NCBI GenBank assembly: GCA_030141605.1
Contig: JAQGDQ010002378.1
Coordinates: forward strand, 62,001-126,000
Source: Tubiluchus corallicola
Taxonomy: Eukaryota > Animalia > Priapulida
Length of the DNA stretch: 64,000 nucleotides
Reading direction: 5' to 3'
Below, one piece after another: positions 1-14,700 of this stretch. Numbering within the stretch: position 1 is the first letter of the stretch; each line of letters opens with the position of its first letter. A program made the translations under genes and the position numbers. A model generated the notes under the pieces. That model saw nothing but the letters and a program-made list of their open reading frames with translations, was not told where the DNA came from and searched no databases.

Positions 1-891
1 AAAGAAGTTAACGCTACAATCTTACTATCTCTTGCTCTGAATTTAATTAAGGCTACCTGTAAAAACCTAACTTAAAACAATCATGCGCTCTAGGTTGGAA
101 ACTACATGATGAGAAATATAAACCATAACAGCGATTATTTAATGAAGTTATTTCAGAGGCATGCTACTGCAGCGGATGCCATTTATGCCTAATAAGTAAA
201 GTCAATGACAGACTACGCCAAGGTAAACATGTAGAAACCTCTATTTCAAAAGTATTAAGTTTCCAGCAAATGTACATACTTGTACATGGCTTAGCTCAGT
301 TAGTTGAGCCAATCCAGTTGGACACTAAAGCAGCTTATTGAAGCAAACTACCTAACATAACATGGTTTAATCTGTTCAGCAAACGAATGCTGTGTAGTAG
401 TGTTGGAAGCCACAGGACCTTGGAACTTCACTGCATGGGGAATTCAGAAACAGAAAGGCCCTTCAAGGGCAACGGTTCGTCAGCTTCTACGACAACAGTT
501 CTTAATGCTTTGTGGTCCCAATTTCCCATATGCAATTATGAATCATTCATCCTTCTACACAGGTCTTACAACATTCTGCATACTCGAATTCCCAAAGCAC
601 ACTAGGCCTAATGTACTTCAACTAATTTACAGAAGTACGACAATTTGTCTTACCAAAGCTTAACAACTAAAGCTTAGATCCTGTGCATTTTTTCAAGCAA
701 AATAGCCTTTAAAAATAGGAAAATTAAAAGCTTGAAAGACAGCAAGAAAATAATTCGACGTGCATACCGCATTGAAAAGCGAAACGCAAAATAACTTCTG
801 ATAATCTGAAATACGTAGATTTGAAATGAGATAGAAAATTAAACAGGAGACAGAAAGAGCGACAGATATGCGGTTAGACACAGACACAGAC

Positions 892-1396
<505 letters not shown>

Positions 1397-2149
1397 CTAT
1401 TTATTAGGAGTGGATAGACTGGATTGTAGTTTACAGCAAGTTTACAACCCTACTACAAATACACGGAATGGTTTTTTGATCACATAAGATTTACACGGCT
1501 AAAGAGAATGTGTTGCCGCGGAATTCCCCAACATCAATATCCAGGGCAATACAGGTGTAAGTTACAGGTGAGTTAATGCACTTCCACCCAGGTAATCAGA
1601 GCAGAGAAATCAGCAGGCGGTTGCTAGGTACGCCATTCAAAAAGATGTAAAATTAAGAGGAGGGTGTGCTAAGTGAGGTTTATTTTTCTAAGGAAAGGTT
1701 GCAAAGGTTTTTTTGTAAAAACACCTCACAACTACGTTTATCCATTGTAATGCCACAAACAGCAAGTAATAAAAGATCAGCAGTTATAGCTTTAATCATC
1801 AATTTTGATTAAATAAATGATAAGTGTTTATGCATCGCGCACAAATAACGAGCAAATATTTTTACAGAATAGTGCAATATGTCTGCAACATTACACTTAC
1901 AATATAGGCTCATTCCAGAGAACCTATAAAAACGTATTACAAAATTTTCTTGTGTGTATCTGGCCTATGGGGAAATTTGTCACAATATTGCATGCACGCA
2001 TACCATAGTATGATTTGCATATAGTATTATTTGCAGGAGCAGTATAACATTAATCTCGTAAGCCATATGTACCCGAGAAATTACTTATGCATGTCAAATT
2101 TTATGCTTTTAAAATCGTGATACCTTTCTTATAACATCCAGTGTATTAA

Positions 2150-2528
2150 CAGGGTTCCCACAGAATTTTAAAATAAATTTCGCTGACTTTTCCATGACCT
2201 TTCCCTTACCAAATATTGATTTTCTAAGATCAAGATAAGCAGAAATTGGATTACCAGTATACATATTCAAACATTTTTATGTATGGACATTCATACATAA
2301 ATTGATATAATGTGTCGGTCAATCATTACTTTTGGAATAGAAATCGTTTATTTGAACATGAATAGCTGAAAAATATGTTTGGAAAAATATCGATTCACGA
2401 TGATTATTTTTGCAATCCTTTCCAACTTCCCTGACTTTCGCCCAATTTTCATCATTTTCCCCGACTTTTCCATTACTTTACAGGATAGCCTGCATTTTCA
2501 AGGATTTTCCCTGACCAAGGGAACCCTA
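2150..2528. mobile_element. MITE with CAGGGTTCCC...GGGAACCCT termini (copy 1)
   Basis: Terminal inverted repeats and repeated TTCCCTGAC-like subterminal motifs; homologous in reverse orientation to 60860..61322. Confidence 0.85.
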
Positions 2529-2644
2529 TGTATATTGCCACAACATACGTGCATGTACATTATTTATATAGCATGATTTGAATAACATTGTTTGCCAGCA
2601 AATTATATATGCATGCAAAATTTTAAACTTTTCATTAGTGATAC

Positions 2645-2790
2645 CTTTCTTATATCATCTAGTGTATGTATTTCGGGAGAAAGGCCACCGTGAACACACA
2701 GAAATTGTTGGTTCATTATCGCTGCTAGAGGTAAACAATCGAATGCTTCCATACACGCGTCGTAAACCCTCTCCGAGTATTTGATTTTGC
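2645..2790 (-). CDS. PPP3CA: Calcineurin A exon 5 (146 nt)
   Basis: ttttgcag acceptor; [49 protein letters not shown]; gtatca donor; missing from the ORF track. Confidence 0.97.
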
Positions 2791-5700
2791 CTGCAAAAGA
2801 ACAAGAAAATAAATTTATTTCTCTATTTCTTACTAGATACTGTAACTGGATGCCGACACAAGTTCAATTCTAGTTAGTTCAACTCCCAGTTTAAAATACG
2901 CTAACAGCGTCTTAACTCTACTATGATCCTAGATAGTATGCGCAAATGCAGCTGAACAAATCGGGCCGATTGTGTCAAAGAATTATTACGATGACAATAT
3001 AAATCCAATCAGGTTTTTCCACTAAATGTCAAGATGAAAAGGCAAGTAGTCAGATATTCGCCTCTTTACTAGCAACCGCAGCTACACACGCACGCACATA
3101 TACACGCACGCACACGCACACACACACACACACATAACTGTGCGTATGTGTGTGTATGAGCAATTATGAGCATTGAACAGCTTGCAATTCTGCTAGTACA
3201 TTTGAGCCCAAATATAAGATCACAAATAAATGATTGCAGAAACTATGCATGAAAATCCAGAAACTGGGAACCTTCAAGTGTACTTTTCTTCCATAATGGA
3301 AGAGAATTTATTCGCCAACGCATTTACGCGCCGTGGCAGCTTAACAAGATTTCTCATGAACCGGTAATATTTTAGTTTATGCAACCCACAGAAAAACTGG
3401 AAAATTCTTCGAAAATTAATCGATCATATTTTTCAACAAGCTGGCGCTAAAACACGACTTCAATCGTTTCCCTGTAATTCATTCTGTTTATGAGCGCAAG
3501 TTTAATATCCGCGCGAATGGCATTCAATGTTGCTATATTGAAACCCATAAAGCATGATACATGTACACATCGCCAGTGTGTGTCAACTGTCTTTGGCAAT
3601 ATTTTATTTAATTTAAGCTAAACTTTATTATAATGTTCAGGCCCTTTCAGCTAATAACACAAGGAAAATCGCGGACATTTTTATGGTAAGTACTAGTACT
3701 AATGAGACATTTTTGATCTTGCGCAACATCCATAATGGCAGGCAACGTTATTTATTTACATGTAATTAGTTTCTGTTAGGTTAATATCGGTTTCACATCA
3801 TCGAAACTATAACACCTGAAACAAATTCTTTATTATATCCAGCTAGTTAGAGAAACAACCAAAAACGGCTACTGGACCAAAAACAACTAGTCTAAATTGA
3901 TCATATACAATTGTATCGTTTTATTTATTTGCTTATATTATTTATTCAAACATAACAGATTGATCCGGTCACGAAGTTATGTGAAAATGTTTTGTTCACT
4001 CATCAAATTTTAAAAACATAAAAAGAGGGTGAACAGAAATGGCAACGGAGACATGGTAAATGTCTGATGTAACGCAAATTTACGGCAACAACGATAAGAC
4101 GTGTTGTCGACGAAGGCAGGTGAATAGCTAGTGGTCACGTACGTATTCCTCGCGACCAAAGTTTAAGCCACTTCGTCACTGAAGTGCTTGTGACAGTCTG
4201 GATTCAATACTCCTGGGTGGCTCTTTAGTCTTTACCTCGCTGAAGGATTTTTATTCACATCCATGTGTCGTTGAGACACTTCTGCTGGAACAATCTCTCA
4301 TCTTGTAGGAGCACGAGCCGTAGCAAATGAGCGAAGTTTTCGCCAATAATCCACATGAAGTTAGCTGTACCACTGAATACTTGCTTGTAGAATGTCGAAT
4401 TGAATAACAAAGTTGCATCCATTAGTAATCTCCGGAGCAAAGACGTTTTCTAATTTGCTTTATGATCTCACGCTCGAGGAAGTCCTCAAAATTTGTATTC
4501 TTGTTCATTACATTTGAAAGTTGCGTACACAAATGTAGCAAGAAAGCCAAAAAACAGCACTGCTGCACAGCAATGCAGCAGTAATACAACAGACGAAGCA
4601 GTGACAGAGATAAAGGGTTAACAGAAGTTCCTACTACATCCGAAAGAATCTACGGCAATCCGTTCGTTCAGAAGATTAAATTTTACGGGAATTTACTAAG
4701 GAACTCCACCCATTTCTCGAAGTTTTGGATGTGGCGCATCGTGAAATTCAATAGCCTGCGTCAATAGCTTGGTGAGACGGCTTTATCGTTATCGGCTCAA
4801 ACATTCAAAGTTGGAAATGGATTCAGGAAAACGACACCTAGCCTTCATAATGTTATTCGCTGCCTTTATGTTTGTGTCAGTACGAATTTACACAGCAAAC
4901 ACACGAGCATTACTTTGTGGTATAAACTGATGAAGCTGCCAGACAATACAGCATGTTGTCCAAATAAAATAGACTCGTCAACGCACGCAATCAGCGTTGC
5001 AGGCAAAGAGCGTTAATGTCGCAAGTTTATTGTTTCCTATAACTGCTGAAAATATGAGGAAGATGGGAAGAGCAAAGTGAAAACGAAATTCAGGAACAAG
5101 GGGAAAAAGGAAGCGAGCAAGAGGGAGAGAGAGACAAAGAGAGATAGATAGAGTGAGAGAGAGAAGGGGGAGGGGAGGGGAGGGGAGGGGAGGGGAGAGG
5201 AGAGGAGAGGAGAGGAGAGGAGAGGAGAGGAGAGGGGAGGGGAGGGGAGAGGAGAGGAGAGGAGAGAGAGAGAGAGAGCGAGAGAGAGAGAGAGAGAGCG
5301 TTATGACAAAATTTTTAGAAAAAATTGTTGCATTACAAATCTGTATCTCGTATAAGATGATAATAATTCAAAAAATATTCTGAGCTAAAAGAGTCAGTTA
5401 CTTCTTTTCTTCCGTACTCGCCATTTGGTCCTAGAAACGGGCACGCAATACTACAGTAGAAATCATTTTCATTTTAATGTCAAATGAATGGCTATCCGAA
5501 AGGGTTAAAACCTTCGTAAAGATCCTAAGAAAGTTCACAAATTTATTTTCATCGGTATTATTATTATTATTAACATCATTTTATTTCGAATACACTTTAC
5601 ATAAGTAAAGTATGTATTTTACAATGTTAGTCCAGAGGTGGAATTACATACCACCACAACAGAGACCACGTTCAATCATACGTCAATCCCACCGGTCTAT

Positions 5701-8700
5701 TGTATAAACTTAAGTACGTATGCTTAGTATTGCGTGTAAGATTTGGTCTTCATTAAACACTGGATTTTACCTCTACTAATAGTGTGAGTGCAAGTAGAAA
5801 TGCTGAATAAATGTGAATACCACCTAATTCAAAACTAGAGGACGTGTGGGCGTATATGAACGGCTGAGAGCCCGCAAAAAGGTCGTAAAAGCAGAAATGT
5901 CGGGCGGTCATTGTAAAAGTGAAATGTTTGTGTTTATTAGGGTCTTATAAAATTTAAACATTTGCATGATTTTGGTACTGTTGGATGTAGCTGTCAGAAT
6001 TTGGAGATTTACCTAGTTATCTATACTGAACAAATGTGATAAAAACATTACATGATACCCGTATTTGTTTCAAACAGGTTTAGAAAACTTTAAGTCACGT
6101 CAAGAAAAATTCTTTTCTATATCCCTACGGCAATTTATGATTTTTGGAAAAGCGGAAAATAATGCGCTTACGAGTTTTCACGACTCCGGAAAAATCTACA
6201 TTTCTGCAATTCCAGACTCCCACAGGCCTTCGAATGTAAAACACAGAATTTCACAAAATTCAAGAAAACAGAAGAGTCTTACATGGAAGAAATTAACAAT
6301 AAACTAAACTCGCTACAATATAAATCCAGCAAACATCCCGGCATCGAGGATATTAAAAATTTTGCATGCAGTTTACTAAATCAGAAAGTTGGAAGTTTCG
6401 GCTGACATTATATGTAAACAAGGCTGGGGAAGCCAGCGCCGTTTAGCAGCATCACCACACAGCATTAGTGATAACGACATGGTAATGGGAGACCTATTCA
6501 TTGTTCACTAATGAAAACCCCGGATTATAGTCATTAATGCGACCAATAAAAGTTCAATTAGTGGCACTTAGTACAGGCTGTAGTTACACGAATATCAATA
6601 TTTTGACAACTGTTACAAGCGTCGCACTGACTGAAAAAGGCAAACTGCAGTATTTCCAATGAGGTACGACAGTTTAATGTCATAATGCTTGAGAACGATA
6701 TTCCCTATTAAGAATGCGCATTGCACACCAGGGGGACGACATATGGCGACTGCCCGGGTTGAAGACAATGGCTGGATGTTTTATTAAAAGAGTTTTCGAG
6801 CTTTTTCCAAATTGAGAGTGGTTTTCAGGGCCCACTGGGACCATAGAGAAACAAATGGGAAGCCATTAAGCCATAACGACCGAGTGGAGATACTGACAGA
6901 TACGCTGCTCCGGGGAAGCTGTACTTTTGCGGAATAACGATCGCCCTCTCAGCTTTGCACACAGTCGAAATTCACATAACATGTGCGTGTGCCATTTATT
7001 ACATTATGTATGAGGAGGAGATAGCATTTATGAGTAGAGGACTACGTTTTGCGAACGAAAGTGATGTCTTGAGTGTATAAAACAGGAGGATATATGCAGT
7101 ATCTATACTCTTATATTAATATTCTTGGTATATATATATATATAAGATTCGAGGCTACAGCCCGGACGAGGGCACCATTTGCGGCGATCTATATATCAAA
7201 CGAAAGGTCTCGATCTAGTGTCTTCTCATTGATCGTTTATTTTTCGAATCGGGCCCACCGGGAGAAAGGGGAGGCGAAAAACCTCCAAAAATGCCCCTTT
7301 TTCGACCGTTTTTTGCAAAAAATTGCAAAAGTTATACGGCTGAGATGTAGAGAACGGGAACGGGCCGAGGGGGGTACTGGGTATGGATAGATAGCCCGTT
7401 CAGCGGTGGGTGTAGTATGACTATTAATAAGCATTCGGGATTCCAGAATTTTTTTGTTTGGTGTAAAACCTGCTTGGTAAAATTCACTCAGTGTGTTAAA
7501 GCACGGTTGGCTTGACTAACAGGCTGGTTAAGCAAGTGACCGACTGGCTGATTTTGTAACCGACTGCCTGACTGCACTGTGGACATTCATTGGTCTTTTT
7601 GGTCTTGGAACGAAAAGTTTGGCACAAAACCAGGGACGTTATGACCCGGACTCCTTTCAGTGGCTTTGTTGGCGGTTCATTACAGGTCGATGTGAGCTAG
7701 AAATACAACCGACGTACATTTGGAGCTGATCGATGAAACACAGATTCTCCGTGAAGTACACATTGTGGCCTAAAAGCTGCATGAATTTTTCAAGGGAACG
7801 TTCACTACCTATAATGACTACACAAGAATCTACGCATTCAAAGAAAGGGGGGAGGAGGGGTATTTAATTTACTCAACAGGAAGACTTATAAGTAAATCAG
7901 CACTAATCGTTTTTCAATAGTGGTCAAGACACCTAGATATGACGCTATGCCATTTCTCCACAGCTTGTCTAATAGTCTCTCAACAACCCATCACTTTCTT
8001 CACTCACTGTCATTAGCATTTATTTTTACCTGTGTATTTGTGCAAATATCTGGATGTGGTAATTGTGTGGAGAAAAAATTAATTCGGGGTTAATTGTTGA
8101 AGACTTGTAATTTTGATGGGGAAAAAATTAAATTTTACTCAGTTCATTCCATAGGTAATGTGTTAAATTTTTGATGTGAAACTGAGGTATGCAAATTAAA
8201 GTAGACAAAATTTACACAGAACTGTCTGTCAGTGAAATAAAAACTTGACAAGAATCCTACTGACTATAAAGAAATAAAGCTGTGATGCGATGGTGAAATA
8301 TGATGAATTTAGAGTAATTTACAGACTTGAACAAATAATTATTACTCGTAGTTAAATGCAAAGAAAGTATTAAAGCAATGAAATGCCACAAACTCTCATT
8401 GCGGAAATAATTAACAGATAGGAATCATCTGGCACTGTAACTCAAACATGTAACTGCTGCCATAGACATAAAAATGGATGACCTGCATGGCTAAACGCAG
8501 AAACCAAGAACAGAGTGCCAATGAAGCCGATAACAACAATCAATAACATTACCGCTTCAATGGTCAGGCTATTGATCATGGCACAATGTGCATGATGTCT
8601 GTTAGGCGAAGTGGACAAGAGAGGCCTTGAAACCGCCCGTTATTAGCTAAACTGATTAGCAGGAAATTGTCCACAAAATGTAGGCCACTTTCGTGACATT

Positions 8701-11700
8701 GGTTAAGCAAAGCCTCGTTAAGCACATTCAATGCCAGACTTCTGGAAAACTGAGGAATGAGAATGGAAATGGATGTTCAATGTTAGCATAGAGCGACATG
8801 TGAAATAGACACGCCAATTTTTGCTAAGCAGAGTCTCGGTCGCACACTGCTATTTGTAACGTAATTTAAGACTAACACAGCTTTTCACGTTGTTAATGCA
8901 ACATAAGAATCATCTTAGCAATTTAATTTAATTTTGTGTGCTCTCATACGGCTGCTCAAGTATTTGCATAATTATGTGAAAGCATAAAATGAACAACAAG
9001 ATGTTTATTTACAAAACAATAGTAGCAGCAAAGGTATTATATCCATTAAGAATAAGTTATGCAACTTCTACTTTTACAGAAATGAAAATTTTATGATCAG
9101 TGAACATGATAACATAAAACTGGAAACAATTATTAGGCACCAAGTTACACACCCTGCTAACCTCACAGTCCAGAAAAACAAAAATTGATGGAAAAGATAT
9201 AGCAACAAAGGTATTACATGTATACCCTACATGAATTCACACTTAGGCTTTATTGTCCTAGAATCTTTGAAGATATAAATATCACTAGATTGCTCTGCAA
9301 AAATATACAGAAAGCTATGATGACTTGGATTACCAATGGCAACTGGTAAGATTTCCTAATCCAAGGCAATAAAGGTGAAGTTCGGCTGGAGAGAATAAAA
9401 TAATAGCGTCAAGGTTAAATGCGATTAAAAGTTTAAATGCAACTACACACATCAAAAATGAAATCTTAACATATACAGAGGGAAATATAGCAAATACATT
9501 TATGCAATAACTTGTTTGTAATTGAGGGTGAAAACCCATTATTATTGAAAATCTAAAACGAAACTTGATCAAAAGTGAGTGAATGTAAAAAGGATTTGGA
9601 TCATAAAACTGTGGATTACAAGTTCAGAACAATGTTTAGTAGACTGCTTCACATTTCTATACTTTTGGTTAATGTTAGTTTCAACATTTAAACAATTCAC
9701 AATCTTGAAATTAGGACTACAAAACTAACTAGTTTGATATACAAAAACAATTTATTGTCTCAACTGATTTATGTGTTGTGTTGTGACATTTTCTGATTTG
9801 TGTCCAAAATACGATACGACAAAATGTGCAAAAATAACGAACAAGCCACGTTATATTGCTCATACATAGTAAAACTAATGTATACAAAAGTACAGTGTAG
9901 TAGAAAATTCAAAGATTTGAAGATGAAGATGAGTGACCATCAGTCTAGAACTACATTTGTATGAATTTACCAAATCGCATAAAACACAAATATTGTATTA
10001 CAAACATTAATACCTGCAGTATTAAGGGTCGAAAAAATATATACCGATTAAATTAAATTAAAATGTATACCCAAATTTAATATACATCCGTTACGCAATT
10101 TGCATTTACATTTCTCATACATTAAAATTATACAGGCACAAAAGTTTCCTTATACTGTGTCAGGCGAACAAAATAGTGTCTGAAAAATTACATGGGAAAT
10201 TATTAGTGACACATAAGATGGAAGCAAGACACGGGAATGAAAGAATTACGATTGCAGAGAAATGCTGGAGAAGCCAGTACAAACCACAACGAAGTCAGAG
10301 AGCCACAGTATCATATACCTAGCTAAATATACCTACAGTTGAATCTATCTTCAAATATCAAAATTTGCTATTCCTTTACAAATACATAAACGATCCACGC
10401 CAGCTTTCAACAGCAATCCATTACCCTTCATCAACGACAAACAACTAATACAAGAACAAGTAATATTAAGCAAATAAAAACTAACAACAAATATGGTCAC
10501 AAGCAGGTTTGCAAATAAGTGATAAGTGAACACAGCCCGGTTCAACAGCCTTTGTGCATTAAAATAAAATATATCTGCATACAATAAAAGAGAAAACGTC
10601 CCGAACACTCCTCACGAATCAACAATAGGTTCACACGAAATTCTTTGGTACACATATAAATGTAGACGATGACATTCTTATGTAAATTATAACATGTAAA
10701 CGGCTGCAAAATTTTTAAAACTTTTATCTTGTACATAGTGGTAAATTTGTAAATCTGTATATATACTATCGTATTTAATGCTTGACACATTAACACTATT
10801 TACCTGAATAGTTCACCTGTAGGCCCTTCACATTGTTTTTTATCATGCTTATTAACAGTGTTGCTAACAACAGTTAAATGTTTAAACTGATTATATAACC
10901 AAGTGAGAATGTGTACTTTTAATATGTATCATTTGGCTGTTGTATAACAGATGCAATAAATAGTTTTTTTTATAAATATTACATTTTATTATATTATTAG
11001 AATGACATGGTGTCACTGTTAGGTTTTATTATGTGACTGATAACCAATGTGTGGCTGCGTTGGTTATTTACTCTTTCACAAAAAAAAAAGACTGATGACA
11101 TCAAACGCCCGAGTCTGACTTTCAGTGTCAGATGCAACAGACTTTTTCTGAACATTTCAAACGTTCTTATCAATTATGAATCTCAGAGAGAAGAGCCACT
11201 GGGATTCCGCCTCCAATTCGAACTAATTTAATTTTGCGAGCTTTTGAGAAAGCAGAATTTCTTATCAAGTTTTCTCGAATCAAAGGCACTAACCAAATGT
11301 AACCATTTCAAAAGCTTTTTGGGAAATAGCAATACTTAATGGTTGACATTTAAGTTTAATGATGTGCTTGTAAACACTTATAATATAAAAACATAATACA
11401 TAATATAATACTTTTTAATTAAGAGGTCACCAGACCTTATTAAGCAATTTAGTCTGATTTTTCTTAAAGCATTCACAACTCTAATCACTATTATCAGCAT
11501 CACGTATAACAAATACAAGAAGAACATTAATTCGGGTCCTTTTTAGGCAATGGGCAGGTCTGTAAAAGATCATTTCCATTAAAACAATCAGTTCCTCTCC
11601 ATCAAAGATGGAGGACATAAGGACATTATGTTCACTTTCAGAAATGAACCCTGCACTTAAAACTAGGGGCGAGAATCGAACGTTGGAATTCGATGCGAAC

Positions 11701-14700
11701 GAGTTTTTTTAGTTCGAATTTGATTTGAAGCTAAAACTATAGATTCGAATAATTCAGCACTTCAACCACATGCGTTCTTTATCATTAAAACATTTGAAAC
11801 ATTATGCAATTAGCGTAATTTAGCTCAAATTTCTGTGCACAATTTTTAAACAAATTATTAGAAGTTTTGCTGCAGAAAAAGTCTTTTACTATGATCTTTG
11901 TAAGACAATTTTTGTTGGTGGTTCGAAAACGCGTTCGAAAGTCTTTCAATCTCAATTCGAATTCAATTTGAATTCGAAATACCAAAGTTTGATTCCATTC
12001 GAATTCCAAAGTGACAAATTTGATTCGAATTTGCTTTCTGGTAGAGACTGCTACTTAAAACCATATGAATGGTCATAATAAATAAAACTGAACAAAATTA
12101 AATAATAATAAAATTCAGTAGCCGCAAAAGTATGGAATACAAGTGTAGCATATAAGGGTACTATCAATTTTGCTTTAAGACCAGGTTTACTGATTTGAAT
12201 AAAAATGTTTTCTTTTCAAAAACAGAGCACCAGATGACTTACTACTGTAATAACATAAATGTGTTCATAGTATAGTAGAAAAATACTCTAGCAAACATAT
12301 GTTTAGCAATGCTACACATTACTCATATTTGTTTGTAAACTTGACTGTAGCAGAGCAAAAAAAACACCAGTAAGTAGCAAGAACAGTCGAAACACCAGCA
12401 CTCATTCTACAAATTGCACAAACTTGCCACACGCAAGAGACGGCTGTTATTCTTGGATCTTCAACCACAATTAGTGTAAGAGGTACTTGAAAAATCCCGG
12501 CTGATGTCTCCAGACGTGAAGTACCAGAACATTTCGTCGAAACTTTCAGCACTAATTTACCCAAGAGTTCCAATTGGGAAATTTCCATGCTGCACATGTA
12601 TAGTTGATGAGCATCTGTCTCTTATTCGGTCGATTTGCCATCCTGACGGGACAGTATGGTGAGAATCCCTGGGTGGTGTTGGTCCATTCTTAGCTACGAT
12701 AGCTAGGCAGTCACAAGTTTAGTTAGCAAATGGACAAACTACTAGAGGTAGCCAGTCAGTGAGGACCAGTCAATGAGTTAGAAGAGTTTTAGTGGCAAGA
12801 TGACATCTAATTATTGAGGCTAGGTTATAATTTTTTATCAAAAGTGTTTCATGAACGTTGTACTGCACTTCTTTGCCACTTAAATTTTTGTTTAGTTGCA
12901 CATGGTAGCTATTTGAATTTTTGCTAATATGTTGGAAAGTTTGTAGGTATTTTTATAAATCAATTTTATATGTTTAAATGTTAAAAAAAATTTTTGCCTA
13001 CAGATTTTACACTTTGGACAAGTTTTGCTATCGAAACGTCAAGAATCAAAATGGGCATTTGTGGTTTTGTTCATAATTAAAGCTAGATTCCCTCATCATC
13101 CATCTAAATAGGATATTCACAACATTTCACATTTGGTCTTTACCATCCAAAAAGTACTTAAATGATATGTACAATGAAATAATGACTACAAAACAAAGAA
13201 TGTTGACATTTGCTGTATAGCAATTTAAGTATTTCTATAAAGGGCAGTTTAATTTTATACAAGTATGTATTTGGTCTCGGGTTAAAAAATTGTCAGAATT
13301 TTCAAAAAAATTTACTTTTTCAAGGTATTGTGATTATCTTATAACAAAGAGTATGCTTTAAAATTCTTTTCTAATTAAAATAGTGTTCTGCACATTCATT
13401 TGTTGAACTTTAACTGTCAAATGCGAAAGATAAACAATCATAAGGCAAAGAACTTAGTAGCACTCACTGAGTTTGGCATCAGTTAGACAATCACATTTTG
13501 TCTGTTCACATGTAACTGTACCAGCTTTTTTACATGTACTACCTAGGCTGACACGCTTTATCTTCACTGTCTAACTTTGTCAAAGGCGACTCTTTCGTAT
13601 GCAACTAAAATGGATCTGCACATCTATACAAGAACTTGTTTTTACATTACACTACGAAAGTGCTCACAAATCTACAGGAAAGCCATGAGTTGAATAATTT
13701 GATATTCTGCAGCAAAGAAATGCATAATACATGTGTCTCTACATTATGTCCCTGCTGGCTGGCAGGAAGGAATTGCCTGATACATGTACCTCGGGACCAT
13801 TTCCTTAGCGAATGGCACCGGGGAAATGAGTGACATGTGCGTCTCCGCATTATGTCCTTGGTGGCTGGCAGAAAAAAACAGCATGACACATTCTTGACGA
13901 CGTTTCCTTGGTGACTAGAAGCAGAGAAATGTGCGATACATATCATCATTTTCTAGTTGGTCATATTCGACCCCTGGTGACATCACAGACTATCTCTCTC
14001 TCTCTCCATACATGTCTATCTCTTGCTTGCTCCATCATCTCCTGCAGTGATCTCACTTCAACTAGGTCCTTCAACAGATCTAGACCCGGAGTTGTTATCT
14101 TGGACTTTACCAAACAAGATGTCTTTTTGCAGTGAGTCATCTGCAGGAATAACATGCTCAAAACTGAGCTTATCCTACTAGAATAGTAGATATGATTTGG
14201 TGTTGGAAAATGGCATTTCTCCAGAACAAATTTATTGACTTTCCTTCTTCTCCAGATGATACGTATGTGTCTATTATCCTAGTGGCTGGCAGCAGGGAAG
14301 TGCATGATGCATATGTCTCAGCATTATTTCTCAGGTACCTGACAGCAAGGAAATCCATGATACACATGTCTCAACATTATTTCCTTGGTAGGTGGCTGTG
14401 GGGCAATTCATAGTATGAGTGTCTTGACATTATTACCCTGGTTGCTGGCAGCAGGGAAATGCATTTTGCATTACGCCTCTGCATTACTTCCGTGGTGGCT
14501 GAAAGCAGGGCAATGGATAATACATTCATTTCGGTGGTTGGCAATTATATCTCTGGTGGTTGGCATGATAAGCATGATACATATGGCTCGGCATTATTTC
14601 TTTGGCAGGTGGCAGCATAGAAATGTGCGATATCTCTAAATTATTACCTTGCTGGCTGGCAATAGGACAATGCGTAATACGTGTGTCATGGCATTATTTC

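Noticed and set aside
288-375. TAGCTCAGTTAGTTGAGC resembling a tRNA A box
   Set aside because: No cloverleaf and no well-placed B box; at most a decayed tRNA-SINE head
4927-4975. CTGATGA-AGCTG..CAGC hammerhead-like start
   Set aside because: The GAAA core is missing, so it is not an intact ribozyme
5153-5383. RGEERR-repeat ORF
   Set aside because: Polypurine simple repeat
11664-12053. Dense GAA/TTC motifs as heat-shock elements
   Set aside because: Spacing is TTCGAA/GAATTC rather than nGAAnnTTCn, and the motifs are explained as MITE subterminal repeats
12319-13050. ORF 12319..12597 and downstream CGAAACGTCAAG, a possible Penelope-like remnant
   Set aside because: No recognisable RT or GIY-YIG motif and no intact hammerhead core; too weak to call
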